A DNA stretch of 64,000 bases from Bdellovibrionota bacterium (lineage in GTDB: Bacteria > Bdellovibrionota_C > UBA2361 > OMII01): NCBI GenBank assembly GCA_044345405.1, contig JBIJBE010000003.1, forward strand, positions 79,751 through 143,750, written 5' to 3'. Below the pieces are notes generated by a model. That model saw only the letters and a program-made list of their open reading frames with translations, made no database searches and was not told the DNA's origin. The position numbers and the translations under genes were made by a program. Positions 51,939 to 61,270 of the stretch are shown in pieces (positions within the stretch are counted from its first letter, which is position 1; each line of letters starts with the position of its first letter).

Positions 51939-52282
51939 GGAAGCTGGAAACTCGTGTCAGCCACGACCTCCCCATTTTTGAAAGCGTGCTCCCTCTCTGT
52001 TCGCCTAGCTCTCTCGGATACCGCACCGACCGCTTTGCAACTATTGAGAAAGATGTCTCAACGTCAATGATACGGTGTCGGAGAGAAAAGAGGCCGCTGA
52101 GGGAGGTTCTAAGTTGTATTTCCGGTAGAGGTCTCTAACGCACGACCTTTAGAGAAAAACTTTATAAAAGTAGGGGCTTGGGGTTTTTTCGGCCCTCCAA
52201 AGGACTCCGCATCTGTCGGTCTTTAGGAGATATGATACTCTCTACCGAAGTACCCCTAACCCTACTGTCGGAAAGCTCGCTC

Positions 52283-54085
52283 ATGACACGCCCCTTTGCC
52301 CTGCTCGTATCTCTTCTTGCGTATGGCTTCTCATCGGTGGCCATGGCCCAGCCTACACTAAGTGCCCCAGTAGACCTGTCGACGGCGGGGATGCATGCTG
52401 TGGGGGTGAGTATCGCTCTGTCCAGTGATGGAACAAGGGCAACAGCTGTATGGCGGGAGGGCTCCTCCAACGCGAAGCTGGCAGTAAAGTCGAGTTCCGC
52501 CACGATCTCCGGTGGTGTAGCCTCATGGGGGCCGGTCTCGTCCCTTTCGGCAGTAGGGACCCATGTAGACGACGCGATGGTGCAGATCTCCTCGGATGGC
52601 TCAGAGGCGGTTGCTGTATGGGTAGCTGAGGACCCCACGTTGAAGGTGTCCGTCGTGGAAAGCAGTTCGGCCACCATAGCCGGAAATGTTGCATCCTGGG
52701 GCGGGGTGACGAGGTTGAGTAGCGGCTCTGGTCCAGTGGAGCATCCGCGGCTCTCTCTCTCCGCCGATGGCACCCGAGCGTACGCGGTATGGGAACGGTA
52801 TCCTCCGACCTCATCTAGAAGTTTGTGTAGAGCTGTGGTCGGCAGATCGGCGGCCGTAACTGGTGATACCGCTTCCTGGGGCAGCATTCAGCAGATCTCG
52901 GATCAGGGGAGCTGCACTGAAGACCCTGATATAGGAATGTCCTCCTCTGGGGGAACTGTAACCGTTGTGTGGTCAAAGACGGCTACGGGAGGAGTAAGCA
53001 TCGTTCGGACGAGGACGGCAACCGTTAACGGCACCACCGCCTCCTGGGGAGGTATCACCGATCTCTCTGCCCCAGGGTTCTATTCTAAAAATCCGACCGT
53101 AGCTGTGTCGGCCGATGGCACCAAGGCTACGACGGTGTGGGCGCGAGCGACTCTGGATTCTGCAAGGCGAGCGGTTGCTCCCGTTGTGATACGCTCCCGG
53201 TCTGCCACCATAAACGGCACTACAGCAAATTGGGGGGCTACCACGATTCTTTCCTCATCAACTGACAGCTCGGGAGATCCTCTGGTGGGAATCTCTGCTG
53301 ATGGGACCTCAGTTACTGCCTCTTGGATTCGAAAAGCTGGCACTACCTTCGCGGTAGAGAGCTCCTCGGCCAGTGTTGTTGGGAACGTTGCTTCATGGGG
53401 GGCGTCAACGAATGTCTCCGGAGACGCTAAGGGATTTCGCAGACATTTCCTCTCTGTCTCAACTGATGGTTCGAAGGCATTGTCGACATGGGTCCGAGTC
53501 CTCGGTTCGAAGTTAGTGGTTCAAGGCGCGTCGGGTGTATTCAGTGGCGCGAGTCAAGTGTGGGGAGGTGTGTTTGATATCTCCGCTACCGATCAATCCG
53601 CTACCGGTTCAACTGGGGGCGTAGCGGCAGATGGCTCTCTGGCGATTCTTGGATGGCTTCAGAACTCCGGCTCTGGAAAGTACATCGCCCGGGCCAGCGT
53701 AGCAGAGTTTGTTCATCCAACTCCGACACCAACCCCGGTCGCGACGAGCACTCCTACAGCAACGCCAACTCCAGCACCAACAACCACACCGGTGGGAGGT
53801 CTTTCGAAATTGGCTCCGATTCCGAGTAGTTCGAGTAACGATCTCCACGTTATCCTACGAGTTAAGGATTATCCGACCAACTTCCGCCGTGATTACTACG
53901 GATATCTTCTTCGCGCGAGCGATCACAAGCTCGTAAAAATGGGTAAATTCAAGATTCGCAACCACCGAGGACGGCTTGAGTTTCATGATGTTCCGCCAGG
54001 TGAATATCGGACCTTCACGGTTGTCATAAGAACCAAAGCGCCTCAGATTATATCGTCACGTCAGAGAACAATTACGGTTAAGTAA
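52283..54085 (+). CDS. secreted protein with eight ~57-aa repeats (probable beta-propeller), PT linker and basic C-terminal beta domain
   Basis: Signal peptide ending AMA-Q; 8 copies of SxDGxxAxxxW...SATIxGxxASWG; PTPTPTP linker. Confidence 0.8.
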   Translation: MTRPFALLVSLLAYGFSSVAMAQPTLSAPVDLSTAGMHAVGVSIALSSDGTRATAVWREGSSNAKLAVKSSSATISGGVASWGPVSSLSAVGTHVDDAMVQISSDGSEAVAVWVAEDPTLKVSVVESSSATIAGNVASWGGVTRLSSGSGPVEHPRLSLSADGTRAYAVWERYPPTSSRSLCRAVVGRSAAVTGDTASWGSIQQISDQGSCTEDPDIGMSSSGGTVTVVWSKTATGGVSIVRTRTATVNGTTASWGGITDLSAPGFYSKNPTVAVSADGTKATTVWARATLDSARRAVAPVVIRSRSATINGTTANWGATTILSSSTDSSGDPLVGISADGTSVTASWIRKAGTTFAVESSSASVVGNVASWGASTNVSGDAKGFRRHFLSVSTDGSKALSTWVRVLGSKLVVQGASGVFSGASQVWGGVFDISATDQSATGSTGGVAADGSLAILGWLQNSGSGKYIARASVAEFVHPTPTPTPVATSTPTATPTPAPTTTPVGGLSKLAPIPSSSSNDLHVILRVKDYPTNFRRDYYGYLLRASDHKLVKMGKFKIRNHRGRLEFHDVPPGEYRTFTVVIRTKAPQIISSRQRTITVK

Positions 54086-54322
54086 TACTTACGTGAGGGC
54101 ATCGGTTCTCGCACAGATGACCGGAAGCGGGTGTTAGTCAGAACTTTCCATTTGGTCAGACCTGTTGTCCGATCCGTGGCCAGAACCGGTTGTCCGGTGC
54201 GTAAGCTCGGCACAGTTCCACAAATAGTGGAAAAATAGCCGGTTTGTGCCCCCATATGTGCATAGCTATCCCGCATGCGTTACTGGTGCTGCTGTCTATT
54301 TTCTCATGCCGTACGGGGTTCT

Positions 54323-54787
54323 ATGACATTAGCCGCGCTTTATTCCTTCACCGACACGAATAGTCCAAGAAACAAGCCGCTCCATTTCCTTCATCACTCC
54401 GACGCGACGAGGCCTGACGCGGCGGGTGTTATCAAGGACCTCGCTGGTGTGGCGGAGAGGATCTGGCAAGGGGAGTCCGTGGACCTGAGAACGTTGCGTC
54501 TGCCCCACGTGGATTATGTCATGCTGAGGGAAACGCGGGGTGATGCTGGTAAGTATCGGCCGGTGCCGGTTCGGTATGACGTTGAAGTGGTGAATGGGGT
54601 TGTGGTGTTCGTTCGAGAGCTTCGCCACAGTCCACAGGGCTTGTGCGAGCTTGAGAAGCGGCGTGAGCGGGCGGAAGAGGCGCTTGCGCGAGTTAAGGAG
54701 GAGATGGAGAAAGCTCGGCGTGCTCCAACTTATCAAGTCGCGACCTACGGTACCCTTAATGAGCTTCGAGAGAGGAACTCTCGCTAG
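54323..54787 (+). CDS. hypothetical protein with C-terminal coiled coil
   Basis: ORF with GGGG RBS before ATG 54323; EKRRERAEEALARVKEEMEK. Confidence 0.6.
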   Translation: MTLAALYSFTDTNSPRNKPLHFLHHSDATRPDAAGVIKDLAGVAERIWQGESVDLRTLRLPHVDYVMLRETRGDAGKYRPVPVRYDVEVVNGVVVFVRELRHSPQGLCELEKRRERAEEALARVKEEMEKARRAPTYQVATYGTLNELRERNSR

Positions 54788-54862
54788 CAGCGAAATCCCT
54801 GGGCGTTAGATTCGATATGCGGAACGAATTCGCTCCTCAAAGATTGCAGTGCTCTTGGACCG

Positions 54863-56389
54863 TTACTTCCCAGAGGTAGTCTCCGCGGACGAAGGAGTCA
54901 GTGGGGGCTTCGGCTTTCGACAGCGGATGTGATACCGCGGAGTCTCGTGACAAAGCACTGACCGCCGCTTGAGAGCGTCGGAGAGGTGTTCAGGCAATGA
55001 CTTTGTCGTCACGATGTAATCGAACCCGGGCTTCGATCTGCGCGCGTGAAATACTCTGAGGAGATAGGAGTTATCCGCAAGAACGCTCGCTGTGTAGTCA
55101 TCCACGATGACCGAGGAGTCCTGTGGCACGAATACCCGCAGTTCAGCGTAGGCTGACGGCGCGGTGAAGGCTTGTCGCACTATCTTGGAGGAGCGGACGG
55201 TGCTTCCACAGATCACTGCTAGACTCAGGGCGGCGAGGATCGCTACGGGTGCTTTGCGATGTCGCAAGACCGGTAATGAGAGCGCGCAGAAAACCAGGAG
55301 AGCGGGAGTGATCGAATAGTAATTGTACGGGTCCATCATGGCTGGAAAATTGGTGCTCATGATCGCAGCGATATTGTACGCGGCCGGTGACATCAGAATG
55401 ATGGTGGTTCGTAGGGTGTGTCTCGTGTGAAGGAACACGAAGGGGATCGCTGGTGTGAAGGTGATAAGGGCCCACCGAGCCTTGGCGTGGATAAACTCTT
55501 GATCGAGTAGGTCGCTCAGCCCTAGAAGTCTTGTGGAGGGATCGAAGGTTGGGACCCACAGCCACCAGGGGAATACTTTGGTGGTAAGAATAAAGAATCC
55601 CAGTCCACAGAGAGCTGTCAGAAGAGCGGCTCTCCGCTCTGAACTGGCGCGCGTCGTGGATCCGAACCGGTCGGCGAGATAGTACGCGATCCCTGTCGTG
55701 AACATCCCAAGGCCGAAGGTCTCCTTGAACAGAAGGGGAGGAAAGAGGAGTAGTAGCCTTAGTGTGGCTTTCCCTTGGAGATGAGCAACGAGGCTCCAGA
55801 TAATACAGGGGAGCGCCAATACTTCATCATGGGTCTCCCACCCGAGCGCTCGTCTAACGCCAGGAAGCAAGAGCGCGGTCGCCGTCAATGCAAGGGCGTG
55901 GCGTGATGTGTCGCTGATTCTCCAGAACGCTAGTAGTCCGCATACCAGAAACGCCACCGCGACCACATGGGCTGCGATGAGGGTGCACTCCGAGCTTACG
56001 CCAAGTTTCGAGATGCCCCCGAGGATGATGAGGAACGGCGAGAAGTGGTGGGTGATGAAGTTTTGCCACTCGGTTGAGATCAGGGAGGTCGTAAACCGGT
56101 CGTGGTGAGCGACCTGGTAGATGAGCTGCGAGAAGATGCCGAAGTCCACACCTTGTTGACCACTTCTCCAATACGAGAACTGAACAACGCCGATGTAGAG
56201 GGGGTAGGAGAGGATAAGGAGCCGTAGGGTTCTGCTGAGTCGGCGATCAGAGTCCGCGCTCGCCCGTAAGAGCATCCACACCAATCCACCGGCGGGAATA
56301 GCCAACCCCAAGGGCGCTCCTCCAAAGAGGAGCACTAACGCCGCAAGGGCGACGAGGAGGGTAAGGGTATCCACGGGGGAGCGCGTCAT
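54863..56389 (-). CDS. DUF2079 family polytopic membrane protein (GT-C-like)
   Basis: DFGIFSQ, HHFSPFL, ETHDEVLALP, LFKE motifs; many TM helices. Confidence 0.8.
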   Translation of the reverse strand: MTRSPVDTLTLLVALAALVLLFGGAPLGLAIPAGGLVWMLLRASADSDRRLSRTLRLLILSYPLYIGVVQFSYWRSGQQGVDFGIFSQLIYQVAHHDRFTTSLISTEWQNFITHHFSPFLIILGGISKLGVSSECTLIAAHVVAVAFLVCGLLAFWRISDTSRHALALTATALLLPGVRRALGWETHDEVLALPCIIWSLVAHLQGKATLRLLLLFPPLLFKETFGLGMFTTGIAYYLADRFGSTTRASSERRAALLTALCGLGFFILTTKVFPWWLWVPTFDPSTRLLGLSDLLDQEFIHAKARWALITFTPAIPFVFLHTRHTLRTTIILMSPAAYNIAAIMSTNFPAMMDPYNYYSITPALLVFCALSLPVLRHRKAPVAILAALSLAVICGSTVRSSKIVRQAFTAPSAYAELRVFVPQDSSVIVDDYTASVLADNSYLLRVFHARRSKPGFDYIVTTKSLPEHLSDALKRRSVLCHETPRYHIRCRKPKPPLTPSSAETTSGK

Positions 56390-56592
56390 TCCTGGTACCT
56401 ACCACATCTGGAGGTCTGTAGCAGCGGTTCGAGGAGCGGGGTTTAGGGGTGGATGAAAGTGCTATGCAACCCGTTCCTCCTGCTGCTCTCCTTTTGCCGT
56501 GTCGCAACTCGGCTGACTGGGCTAATCTATGGATAGTCGGTGTGTATGCTACTCCCTCAACCAAGAGTAGCCCCTCCATAATGAGGATCTCT

Positions 56593-57189
56593 ATGCGTCA
56601 TCCTGTATTCGCTTCGTTATCGCTCTACGCTCTCGTGCCTCTCTGCGTCGCGACCTTCTTCGGTTGCGCCGTTGTGAATCCGAACAACAACTCGGATGTT
56701 TCCTCGTTTTCTAAAGATCTTCAGTGGGACGATGATGTATTCGAGGTTAGGTCAGCTGACCACCAGCTCACCATTCGAACGTTCGGACAGGATGAGGGGA
56801 ATGAGATCTTTACACACACCATAGATGGCACCGTGGTAGGGGCGGAGTCCGCTGATCTTAATCACGATGGGTTTCCCGAGGTGGTCGTATATGTAACCTC
56901 CGATGGGAGTGGGAGCTACGGCTCGGTCATCGGGTATTCATCGAATAACGGTAAGTCGATGAGCGAGATCTATTTCCCACCGGCCGCTGAGAACTCAAAG
57001 ATTAATCAGGGCTACATGGGGCATGACAAATTCTCTACCGCCGAGGATGCGTTGGTGCAGAGCTTCCCCGTGTATCGCCCGGGAGATACCAACGCGCATC
57101 CAACCGGTCCGACCCGACAGGTTCAGTATGCCCTCGTAGAGGGAGAGGGGGCTCGAAAGTTTGAGGTTTCCCGAACCTTTGAGAATTAG
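56593..57189 (+). CDS. pliI: PliI-family I-type lysozyme inhibitor, lipoprotein
   Basis: Lipobox FFGC; ADLNHDGFPE, SDGSGSYG, GYMGHDKF, FPVYRPGDTNAHPTG. Confidence 0.82.
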   Translation: MRHPVFASLSLYALVPLCVATFFGCAVVNPNNNSDVSSFSKDLQWDDDVFEVRSADHQLTIRTFGQDEGNEIFTHTIDGTVVGAESADLNHDGFPEVVVYVTSDGSGSYGSVIGYSSNNGKSMSEIYFPPAAENSKINQGYMGHDKFSTAEDALVQSFPVYRPGDTNAHPTGPTRQVQYALVEGEGARKFEVSRTFEN

Positions 57190-57260
57190 GCTCAGATAGT
57201 TTTAAGTTGCCAGTCGCACGAGGGCATGGCTCCCCTTGCGACTGGACGTAGTTCTCTGAT

Positions 57261-58325
57261 CTAGGCGTCGGCTTTTTGTGAGTCTGGGAATTTAACTTGG
57301 AGCCAGCCACGCTCTTTCGAGAGGATAGTGACCGCGCCAGGGCGTCCCTCAAGCCACTCCGGGTGTTCCTTTTTAACGTGATAGAGAAGCTTTCGGATCG
57401 TCTGCTCTCTATCTCCCGAGGGTTGAAGAAGAACTCGAGCCCCAGCTCGGAGCGCGGCGAGGGCGCCCGTGGCCGTGTCCTCAAGAACGAGCATTTCAGA
57501 TGGTTCTACTCCTAAAAACTTCGCGGCGAGGATGTAGGGATCTCCGGCCGGTTTGGACTGTATGTCGGGGTGTCGGTTGATGAACACGTTCGCCTGTTCA
57601 TTCAGTCGCGGCATGACTCCCGTTTCCTTGAGCAGGGGCTCCACAAACTGATTGTCGCCAGCGGTGCACACCGATACTGGAATCCCTCGAGCGTTCGCCG
57701 CGTCGATAAGTGTTTCCATGCCTGGGACGAGAGCTGAGCGGACCGGTTTGCCGTGACGCTCGTTATGAGAGTTGAGTTGTGCGTCGCACTGCTTTAACCA
57801 ATACGCGTATAATTTCGCGTGATCCAGGAGCAGTCCGTGATTCTTTTCAATCTCTTGAGCGATGAGTTCGGCCATCTTGGCTTCAGGGTTATTCACTCCT
57901 GCTCTGTGGCATGAATCGATCTCATCCTGAGTGAGGTCTAAGCCGTGCTCATCTTTAACGAGTTGCTTGATCGCGGCTCGATACGCCGCTTGGCGCTCCC
58001 CCTCGGAGTATTTGATCTTAATGGTGGTACCATCGAAATCAATCACCAGGGCCTTAATCGACGTTGGGATAACGAACTGGTCGCGTGGGGCGGAGAGGTA
58101 GGTGAGCAGGGGGGCGTGCAGGTCGAGCCGCGAGTGGCCGTGGACGTGACTCTTGTAGCTCTTGTCCCCCTCAAGGAATGTGTGACGGTGACTGGAAGCC
58201 GTTGGTTTGAGACTTGAGAGATCCTCGGCTGCAGTTGGATCGATATTGTAGGCTTGAAAAGGCTCCGCCATCGGTTTGGTCTTGGAGTCGGCCGGTCCTG
58301 GTGTAGAAGATGTCATGATGTCCAT
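57261..58325 (-). CDS. HAD-superfamily phosphatase with N-terminal extension
   Basis: DFDGT motif I, SVCTAG motif II, KPAGDPY motif III, LEDTATG motif IV. Confidence 0.85.
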   Translation of the reverse strand: MDIMTSSTPGPADSKTKPMAEPFQAYNIDPTAAEDLSSLKPTASSHRHTFLEGDKSYKSHVHGHSRLDLHAPLLTYLSAPRDQFVIPTSIKALVIDFDGTTIKIKYSEGERQAAYRAAIKQLVKDEHGLDLTQDEIDSCHRAGVNNPEAKMAELIAQEIEKNHGLLLDHAKLYAYWLKQCDAQLNSHNERHGKPVRSALVPGMETLIDAANARGIPVSVCTAGDNQFVEPLLKETGVMPRLNEQANVFINRHPDIQSKPAGDPYILAAKFLGVEPSEMLVLEDTATGALAALRAGARVLLQPSGDREQTIRKLLYHVKKEHPEWLEGRPGAVTILSKERGWLQVKFPDSQKADA

Positions 58326-58670
58326 CGAAGCAAAAATACTCTACAGGGCTGGTAATCGCCCTTTGAATACGACCTCACGCCACATGGCGTCCGTCGTTAG
58401 TTGTGCTGTAAGCAATAGCCAGGCTCCGCAACGCGAAGGGGACGAAACGTTGAACGAGACGTGCAGTTGAAAAACCTCGGTCTCAGTAAGCTTCCTGCCT
58501 GGGATGCTCGTTCGTCGCATGGCACAGCTCTAAGGCTGTGCCTGTCGGCTATCTGGGACCTTCCGGCTATTCCCCAAAGAAGTGGAGAGAGAAGGGCCGT
58601 CTATGAAAAGACATAAGTAACGGGGGAGCTCGAATATCGCTCCCCAGGCCCAGGAGCCTAGCATGGGTCG

Positions 58671-58695
58671 AAAGGGTCTGTTAGTCCTTTTTTTT
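58671..58695 (+). terminator. possible intrinsic terminator closing a hairpin-rich intergenic segment
   Basis: AAAGGGTCTGTTAGTCCTTT followed by T-run (weak stem). Confidence 0.35.
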
Positions 58696-58931
58696 GCAAT
58701 ATGATGACCTAACGTATTGATTGGTGGTTATTTTGGTCGTTCTCAGGCTAGACGAACGATGGGAACACGCAGAAGGGGACGTGTCTCCGTTCCCTAATAA
58801 TTCAGTCATTACCAAAGCGACCCGGGATTTCGCTAAATTGCCAGAGTGGAATCTGGAGCCCGTATGTCCCTGTGCTGGAGCGTGCTGAGTGTCCTAGTAT
58901 TCATCCTAATTATCCCTCAATGGAAAGGTGT

Positions 58932-60953
58932 ATGCCCAAGAAGGTTTCTGAAGTTCGAACCAAGAAAACGAAGCAAGTGACTAAGAGATCGGCCGCGAAG
59001 AGAACGATAGCGCCGCGGGATCTCTATCGAGCGCTTCTCTATCCTCGAATGATCGAGGAGAAGATGCTGCTCCTCTTACGACAGGGGCGGGTGAGTAAAT
59101 GGTTCTCAGGTATAGGGCAGGAGGCGATTGCGGTTGGAGCAACCCTCGCGCTTCGGTCAGACGAGTATATCCTTCCGCTCCACCGAAATCTCGGTGTGTT
59201 CACCTCTCGAAATATCCCGCTCTGGAAGCTGATGGCCCAGTGGCAGGGCAAGGCAACCGGATTTACCAACGGGCGGGATCGTTCATTTCATTTCGGCACC
59301 CAGGACTACAAGATCGTCGGTATGATCTCGCATCTCGGGCCTCAGCTCGCGGTGGCTGACGGTATAGCGCTCGCGTCGAAGCTCGATAAGAGTGGCAAGG
59401 TGACCCTCGTCTTTAGCGGAGAGGGTGGAACCTCAGAGGGAGATTTTCACGAGGCGCTCAACGTCGCTGCGGTGTGGAATCTTCCGGTAATCTTTGTAGT
59501 TGAGAATAACGGATACGCGCTCTCAACTCCTCCGACTGAACAGTTCCGATGCGAGTCTATCGCAGACAAAGCTCAGGGATACGGTATTGAGGGGATGACG
59601 ATCGATGGAAACGATTTCGTTGGAGTTCATTCCACGATCTCTAAACTCGCTGAGTCGATTCGCAAGAAGCCTCGTCCCGTTCTCGTTGAGTGTATGACCT
59701 TTCGGATGCGGGGACACGAAGAGGCGTCCGGAATTAAGTACGTTCCGAAGAAACTTCTCGCGGAGTGGGCGAAGCGAGATCCGATTGCTCGGTATGAGCG
59801 ATACCTCCTTAAGAAAAAATTACTCTCACGCAAAGAGATGAGCGCGGTTCGAGCGGAGTTGCAGGGTGAGATAGAGGCGCACGTTGAACAAGCGTTCGCT
59901 GAGCCCGAAGTAGAGCCCTCCATAGAGCGTGAGCTCGCGGATGTGTACGCGCCGACGCCTGAACTTCCGTTCGAGAGCGCCGATACGGTCTCTACGATGC
60001 GTTTTATCGACGCGATCTCCGATGGGCTTCGTGAGGGAATGCGTCGACACGGCGATCTCGTTTTGATGGGACAGGATATCGCTGATTACGGCGGTGTCTT
60101 CAAGGTTACTGATGGGTTCATGAAGGAGTTCGGTAAAGAGCGAGTGCGCAATACTCCGCTCTGCGAATCCGCGATCCTCGGAAGCGCGTTGGGATTAAGC
60201 ATCGCTGGGCGGAGATCGATGGTTGAGATGCAGTTCGCCGATTTCGTCTCGAGTGGATTTACGCAGGTTGTGAACAATCTCGCCAAAAGTCATTACCGGT
60301 GGGGACAGAGCGCGAATGTGGTTGTTCGTATGCCCACCGGGGCGGGAACGGGTGCTGGTCCCTTTCATTCGCAGTCGAATGAGGCGTGGTTCGCGCATAC
60401 GGCTGGATTGAAGGTCGCCTATCCGTCGATTCCAGCGGACGCGAAAGGACTGCTCATGACAGCGCTGGAGGATCCGAATCCGGTAATGTTCTTTGAGCAT
60501 AAAGGGCTCTATCGAAGTGTCTCGGGAGAGGTTCCTCAGGGTGCGTATTTTGTGCCGTTTGGAAAAGCGAGGCTTCACCGTGAGGGTGAGCAGATCGTGG
60601 TTATTACCTATGGGGCCGGCGTTCATTGGGCGAACGCGATAGCTGATGAGCATCCGGAGTGGTCGATAGCCATTCTTGATCTCCGAACGTTGGTGCCCCT
60701 TGATTATGAGGCGATCGACGAGATCGTGAAGCGAATCGGGCGGGTCGTAGTGTTTCACGAGGATACGCTCTTTGGTGGGATAGGAGGGGAGATCGCCGCG
60801 TACATCGGCGAGAATCTTTTTGAGCATCTCGACGCTCCTGTATCCCGAGTCGCGAGCCTCGATACGCCTGTGCCGTTTTGCGGCGCTCTTGAAAGGGAGT
60901 TCCTGGCACGCTGCCGTTTAGAGGGGGTAATTTCTCGGGTTCTCGCCTTTTGA
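58932..60953 (+). CDS. fused 2-oxoacid (probably branched-chain) dehydrogenase E1 alpha/beta
   Basis: GIGQEA, GEGGTSEGDFHEALN...ENN TPP motif, FRMRGHEE, RVRNTPLCE, EMQFADF, GPFHSQ, FFEHKGLY; start MPKK at 58932. Confidence 0.92.
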   Translation: MPKKVSEVRTKKTKQVTKRSAAKRTIAPRDLYRALLYPRMIEEKMLLLLRQGRVSKWFSGIGQEAIAVGATLALRSDEYILPLHRNLGVFTSRNIPLWKLMAQWQGKATGFTNGRDRSFHFGTQDYKIVGMISHLGPQLAVADGIALASKLDKSGKVTLVFSGEGGTSEGDFHEALNVAAVWNLPVIFVVENNGYALSTPPTEQFRCESIADKAQGYGIEGMTIDGNDFVGVHSTISKLAESIRKKPRPVLVECMTFRMRGHEEASGIKYVPKKLLAEWAKRDPIARYERYLLKKKLLSRKEMSAVRAELQGEIEAHVEQAFAEPEVEPSIERELADVYAPTPELPFESADTVSTMRFIDAISDGLREGMRRHGDLVLMGQDIADYGGVFKVTDGFMKEFGKERVRNTPLCESAILGSALGLSIAGRRSMVEMQFADFVSSGFTQVVNNLAKSHYRWGQSANVVVRMPTGAGTGAGPFHSQSNEAWFAHTAGLKVAYPSIPADAKGLLMTALEDPNPVMFFEHKGLYRSVSGEVPQGAYFVPFGKARLHREGEQIVVITYGAGVHWANAIADEHPEWSIAILDLRTLVPLDYEAIDEIVKRIGRVVVFHEDTLFGGIGGEIAAYIGENLFEHLDAPVSRVASLDTPVPFCGALEREFLARCRLEGVISRVLAF

Positions 60954-61039
60954 CGGAGGCGGCTAGGGAGCTCTCGTAGAGGGCGAGTTTCTGGCTCCCT
61001 TCTGTTCAGGGAAAGCGGGAGGCAGCCGTTAGTCCCCTT

Positions 61040-61270
61040 ATGAATGTTGGAGCCGCCGCGACCCTTCAGGATGTGACCGAAAGATTCACCGATTCCGTTA
61101 CGCGGGTGGTATCCGCGGCCCGTGGGTTGAGCGAATCTAGTCCGAACGGAGGGGACCTGGCGGGGGCTATGGTCGATATGTCCGTTAATCAGCGGGTTGC
61201 GCAGGGTGCACTGGTGGCTGTTCGCACGTCGAATGAGCTAACCTCCTCAATACTCGATATCGTTGCGTAA
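61040..61270 (+). CDS. small protein resembling the flagellar rod/hook C-terminal motif (Flg_bbr_C-like)
   Basis: DLAGAMVDMSVNQRVAQGALVAVRTSNELTSSILDIVA matches DLxxEMVxxxxxQRxYxANxKxIxTxDEMxxxLLDI. Confidence 0.6.
   Translation: MNVGAAATLQDVTERFTDSVTRVVSAARGLSESSPNGGDLAGAMVDMSVNQRVAQGALVAVRTSNELTSSILDIVA

Noticed and set aside
58330-58700. TPP riboswitch, 6S RNA or SRP RNA assignment for the structured intergenic segment
   Set aside because: Core signatures (CTGAGA...ACCTGA on the + strand; continuous 6S rod; CAGGTCCGGAAGGAAGCAG) are not convincingly present; kept only as an unassigned candidate.
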